Shown here in pieces: positions 61,621 to 64,000 of a DNA stretch of 64,000 nucleotides. The stretch spans positions 635,066,001-635,130,000 of the forward strand of contig NC_067399.1 in NCBI RefSeq assembly GCF_016432865.1, given 5' to 3'. A program made the translations under genes and the position numbers. The notes beneath the pieces are model-generated. The model saw nothing but the letters and a program-made list of their open reading frames with translations, ran no database searches and was not told where the DNA came from. Source of the DNA: Antechinus flavipes (Eukaryota). Each line of letters starts with the position of its first letter. The first letter of the stretch is position 1.

Positions 61621-64000
61621 ATACCTGGCATAATGATTATACCTTATATACCATATATATATATGGTACAGCATAAAGAAAGCAGAGACTACGGTCCAAA
61701 TCCTACATCTGCTATTTACTACTTGTATGATTTTGGACCAGTCACTGACACTTCTTCCCCATGCCTTAGTTTCCTCAACTGTAAAACGAATGGGGACAGA
61801 CCTCTGTGGTCTATGATCCCGTGGTCCTGTGTACAGTGCCTTTACTCCTAAAGCATTCTAATGACATACTCATTTTAACCTCTCTTGGACCTTGTGAAGT
61901 GGGAAGGGCCACTCTACATAGAAGGATAATCGACTCATTCAATGGCACAAATTAGGACCACTTCACTATAACCAGGTAGTCACACCTGAGCTTAGCATCT
62001 AGTTCCCAGGAATCATTCATTAAAAAAGGAAGCCACCAGAACAGCTCTTCCCAATCCCTATCCTTCTCTTCCCTCTCTCCCCATTACCCCTCAGGCAAGA
62101 CACTTGTAGTCTCAGCTCCTGGAATCCTTGTTTCCCTATCACAAGGCATTATCCTGGGAGCTTCTCTGTAGAGGGCTTTCTGACTCGGGATCTTTTCCCA
62201 TAAATTTTGTCTTTTAAAATGATGCTTTGAAGAGCCTTTGCTGCTACTTGCTAGCACAAACTTAGCAGTTGTGTGACTCTGGACAAATTCACCTCATCCT
62301 GTTTGCCTCATCTGTAAAAGGATCTGGAGAAGGAAATGGCCAACCAGTCTAGTTTCTTTACCAAGAAAATCTCAAATGGGGTCATGAAGCGTCAAACATC
62401 ACTGAAAAATGACCAAATAGCAGCAATCCTGCTCCTTGACTTCAGGCTTCAAAATTGCTTTTTGTTCTCCCTTGCCAGCTCTGTTTGAGTGTTCTCTCCA
62501 GGACAGTGTCCAGTTCCTGGCCCAGGGTACTTCCTATTAGATCATAAAGTCCCTTCAACTGTGACTCCAAATCATTCTTGTACCTGGAACCCAAGAGCCA
62601 TTCCATAGGGACTCTCAAAGCTCATGGATGTAATGATGTTTAGAAAGGGGAGGATGACATTCAAGAGGCGAACAGAGAGTCTTCTTATTTAAAACAATTG
62701 GTGTGAGTAGATACAGACACTGGGTCTTTTTTCTTTCAATATAATTTAATTAGAACTGAATCCTGTTCTGCTCTGCAGAAAAATCTCTCTGTTCCCTGTA
62801 AAATAACGTTGCTTTCTGATGACCAGGACATAAATTTTGGAGAGCTTTGGAGCCATGTTCTTTGGGATCAGAGCCTAAGAAAAGGGATATTATATGGATA
62901 TTAGGCTGTCATTAAGATGAGTGGGTTCTTATGGATATAAGGATATAGTATATATAATTAGCATATAAGTATATAACGATACTTCTAGAAGTCTAGTGAA
63001 GTCTTGGTCCTTTCTCAGAATTATGTTTTTAATTGTACAGCATGATATTTTGAATTATAAAGGAAAGTAATTTATATTAAAATAAAGATCTCAGTTGGGG
63101 TTTTACCCCATCCAGTTCATGGACTTCCTGAAATATATCTGGGGGACACTGCATCCCAGCGTCCATTTGATTTAGTCCATTGGAGCAAAATATTTTGCCA
63201 AAGTCACTCAGTGAGTAGCAGAATTGGTATTCAACCATAGGTCCTCTTCTTATTCAAGAGGTGCCAAAGCCAAGCCTCTCTGCTGACCAAAAAGGAACTG
63301 CTCTCAATTGCTGGCCCAGATAGACCCTTTTGTCATCTTTCTGCTCTCTGGGTCTCAATATGCCTCCGGTTGGATTTAAAGGTTTGAGTCCTGGACTATG
63401 GCTGAGCTGGGAAAGAACCCCTCTGAAAAAAAAGTCAGGGCAGGCTGGATTCAGAACGCTTTCAGGCCTCCCGACAGTCCCCACATGGAGGATAAGAGTT
63501 CATTGTGGGTTTTTTTAGGACCCCCTACTGAGTCTCAAAGGGCAGGCCTTTATGGGTCTGAACAAGGAGGTAATGGCTAAAACTCTAGGAAGAAATTTAA
63601 AGTTTCTGAACCCCCTATGGGAGGGCACTCAGATTTTAGTGGAGCAAGTCTAAAGGATGAAATGCAGTAGAATTTCCATCCTCAGTGAGAAGTTCACTGT
63701 GTTCTCAGTCGGGGTTCTCAGCCACTGTCCCCAGTGCTGGTCCATTTCTTCAGAGCAGCCGGCCGCAGAGGGTCTGCTTTGAGTATGAATGAACATGTCC
63801 CTGGTCAGGCTAATAGGAAAATGACATGTTTCCATTGCCCAGGCACTGAGTGAAGCTCATTAAATAAACAGAATGGAACATTCATGGAAACTGCTTCTAT
63901 GGACACTGCTATTTACTTTTATTCATTCAGGTTTGCAACTTCAGAGCCAATCTCACATTTTCTTCTCCCCCCTCATTCCCTATATTCGATCAGTTGTCAT

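Noticed and set aside
34400-64000. DUSP29 (DUPD1) coding exons or a fourth phosphatase
   Set aside because: No EVWP, GITH or HCxxGxSRS motif was found in the ORF track or by eye in this interval. The coding exons presumably lie beyond the window.

Overview
Eukaryotic genomic DNA, almost certainly marsupial: it carries WSINE1-like and Mar1/CORE SINEs, BovB/RTE, and dasyurid-style L1 3' ends. It corresponds to the SAMD8 / DUSP13 / DUSP29(DUPD1) locus. Bases 1-8500 look like repeat-rich intron 1 of a minus-strand gene whose first exon lies in a CpG island at about 8.3-9.4 kb. That gene is called SAMD8 from synteny only. On the + strand are three complete, tandem, 3-exon atypical dual-specificity phosphatase genes: DUSP13A/MDSP (10890-13186, 196 aa), an intact intervening paralog that I cannot name (18546-19969, 195 aa), and DUSP13B/TMDP (26765-33658, 202 aa). 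All three share identical intron phases, so in-frame chimeric splicing among them is structurally possible. Between the middle gene and DUSP13B are unexplained GC-rich, coding-like segments on the minus strand, a possible nested antisense gene or pseudogene. The 34-64 kb region is mostly LINE/SINE debris, plus a MEF2/ERR muscle-type promoter with a strong splice donor near 59.9-60.0 kb (candidate DUSP29 exon 1) and an AT-rich minisatellite. There is a 580-N gap at 14106-14685. Repeat boundaries are approximate, and no database searches were run.
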